Assembly: GCA_043228905.1 (NCBI GenBank)
Contig: JBHGNT010001469.1
Coordinates: forward strand, 1 to 7,969
Length of the DNA: 7,969 nucleotides
Direction: 5' to 3'
Source of the DNA: Azolla caroliniana
Lineage: Eukaryota; Plantae; Polypodiophyta
Below are positions 7,215-7,969 of this stretch, one piece after another. The translations under genes and the position numbers were made by a program. The notes under the pieces were generated by a model. The model saw only the letters and a list, made by a program, of their open reading frames with translations. It ran no database searches and had not been told where the DNA came from. How positions within the stretch are numbered: the stretch's first letter is position 1; every line of letters begins with the position of its first letter.

Positions 7215-7614
7215 TATAGGTACATATTTGTTAGGCACGTTGTACCCACGTACTGCCTTTCATTGGCCAAAGGAGTGCAGGGGTCGGGTCCTTGCATCCA
7301 TCTGGGTCGTCCATTGCCTAACTGCCCAAAACACATGTATAGGTACAATATTTGTTAGGCAAGTTGTACCCGCGTACTGCCTTTCATCGGCCAAAGGAGT
7401 GCGGGGTCGGGTCCTTGCATCCATCGGGGTCGTCCATTGCCTAACCGACCAAAAGCCCATCCATCGCATGCTCGGCCATTTGTCTTACCATCGGCTTCAT
7501 TGTTTAGGGTTTAGGGTTTAGGGTGTAGCAGGCTGTATACGCGGATGGCCCGTCACCGGCCAAAGGAGTGTGGGGTCGGGTCCCTGCATCCATCCGAGCC
7601 GTCCATTGCCCAAC
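7215..7614. repeat. Three copies of a GC-rich unit (copy 1 ~7215-7331, copy 2 ~7338-7454, diverged copy 3 ~7524-7614)
   Basis: Shared core GGCCAAAGGAGTGY(A)GGGGTCGGGTCCYTGCATCCATCNGRGYCGTCCATTGCCYAAC; copies 1 and 2 are ~123 bp apart. Confidence 0.95.
7503..7523 (+). repeat. Interstitial plant telomeric repeat (TTTAGGG)3, equivalent to tandem telo-boxes
   Basis: Three perfect TTTAGGG units. Confidence 0.95.
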
Positions 7615-7652
7615 CCATCATCACCCGCCCGCCCGCCCATTTGCCTCATCAT

Positions 7653-7682
7653 CTAAGGCTAAGGCTAAGGCTAAGGCTAAGG
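7653..7682. repeat. (CTAAGG)5 hexamer microsatellite
   Basis: Directly visible. Confidence 0.95.
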
Positions 7683-7753
7683 CTTTTTGCTTCTTCCTTT
7701 TTTGCGTTTTGCGTTTTGCTTTTGTCTTGCTTTTGGCTTTCTTCCTCTCCCTC

Positions 7754-7775
7754 TGGGCCTCTGCAAAACCCTAAA
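7754..7775 (+). promoter_or_regulatory. Site II motif (TGGGCC, 7754-7759) next to a telo-box (AAACCCTA, 7766-7773)
   Basis: Both motifs lie in a pyrimidine-rich leader-like region. The site II + telo-box module is known from plant promoters and 5' UTRs of translation and cell-cycle genes. Confidence 0.5.
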
Positions 7776-7879
7776 TCTTCCTTCCCCCCCCCCCCCCCCC
7801 GTCTCTGGGATCCAGGCCATGGCTTCCTCCACCGCCTCCTGCTGCTCTTCCTCGTGACTGCTCCTCTCCATCGCATCAG

Positions 7880-7948
7880 GTAAGCGACCTCCCAACGATC
7901 TCTCATGCCCCTCCTTGGTCTCCCCCCCTTTTTTCTCCCCACGCGCAG
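7880..7948 (+). other. Probable 69-nt GT-AG intron near the 5' end of a divergent + strand transcript that continues beyond the window
   Basis: Consensus donor CAG|GTAAGC, candidate branch point CTCAT near 7902-7906, polypyrimidine tract CCCCCCCTTTTTTCTCCCC, acceptor GCAG|G. Confidence 0.65.
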
Positions 7949-7969
7949 GAAGATTCGAATAAAGTCGCT

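Noticed and set aside
7211-7343. TATATAGG/TATAGG at the repeat starts as rDNA spacer promoters
   Set aside because: They lack the following G-run of the plant Pol I initiation motif, and there is no rRNA sequence in the window.
7230-7614. Hammerhead, twister or HDV-like ribozyme in the triplicated unit
   Set aside because: The minus strand has CCGAUGA/CCAAUGA rather than CUGANGA and no correctly placed GAAA; twister and HDV cores could not be threaded by eye.
7653-7682. (CTAAGG)5 as a telomere variant
   Set aside because: The reverse strand reads TTAGCC, which is neither TTTAGGG nor TTAGGC; treated as an ordinary microsatellite.
7228-7942. Six overlapping ORFs on both strands in the GC-rich end
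   Set aside because: Explained by high GC and simple repeats (KAKAKA, LRLRLR, SLSLSL, poly-Pro/Gly); no recognisable domain.

Overview
AT-rich land-plant nuclear DNA; the lineage cannot be determined from the sequence alone. The main feature is a complete 9-exon, minus-strand gene (CDS 5207..1553, 807 nt, 268 aa; all eight introns GT-AG and in phase). It encodes a plastid BADC / BCCP-like protein (biotin attachment domain-containing, non-biotinylated partner of heteromeric acetyl-CoA carboxylase). Upstream lie a TATA box, a (GTATAAT)n minisatellite, a 285-bp hAT-like MITE, a decayed L1-like LINE ORF2 C-terminus and a possible LTR-retroelement remnant. The last ~780 bp are GC-rich. They hold a long foldback, three copies of a ~90-120 bp hairpin-forming unit interrupted by (TTTAGGG)3, G-quadruplex motifs and a site II + telo-box pair. 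They end in what looks like the 5' end of a divergent + strand transcript with a short uORF and a 69-nt intron. Most ORFs in the supplied track are spurious or are single exons running into introns.
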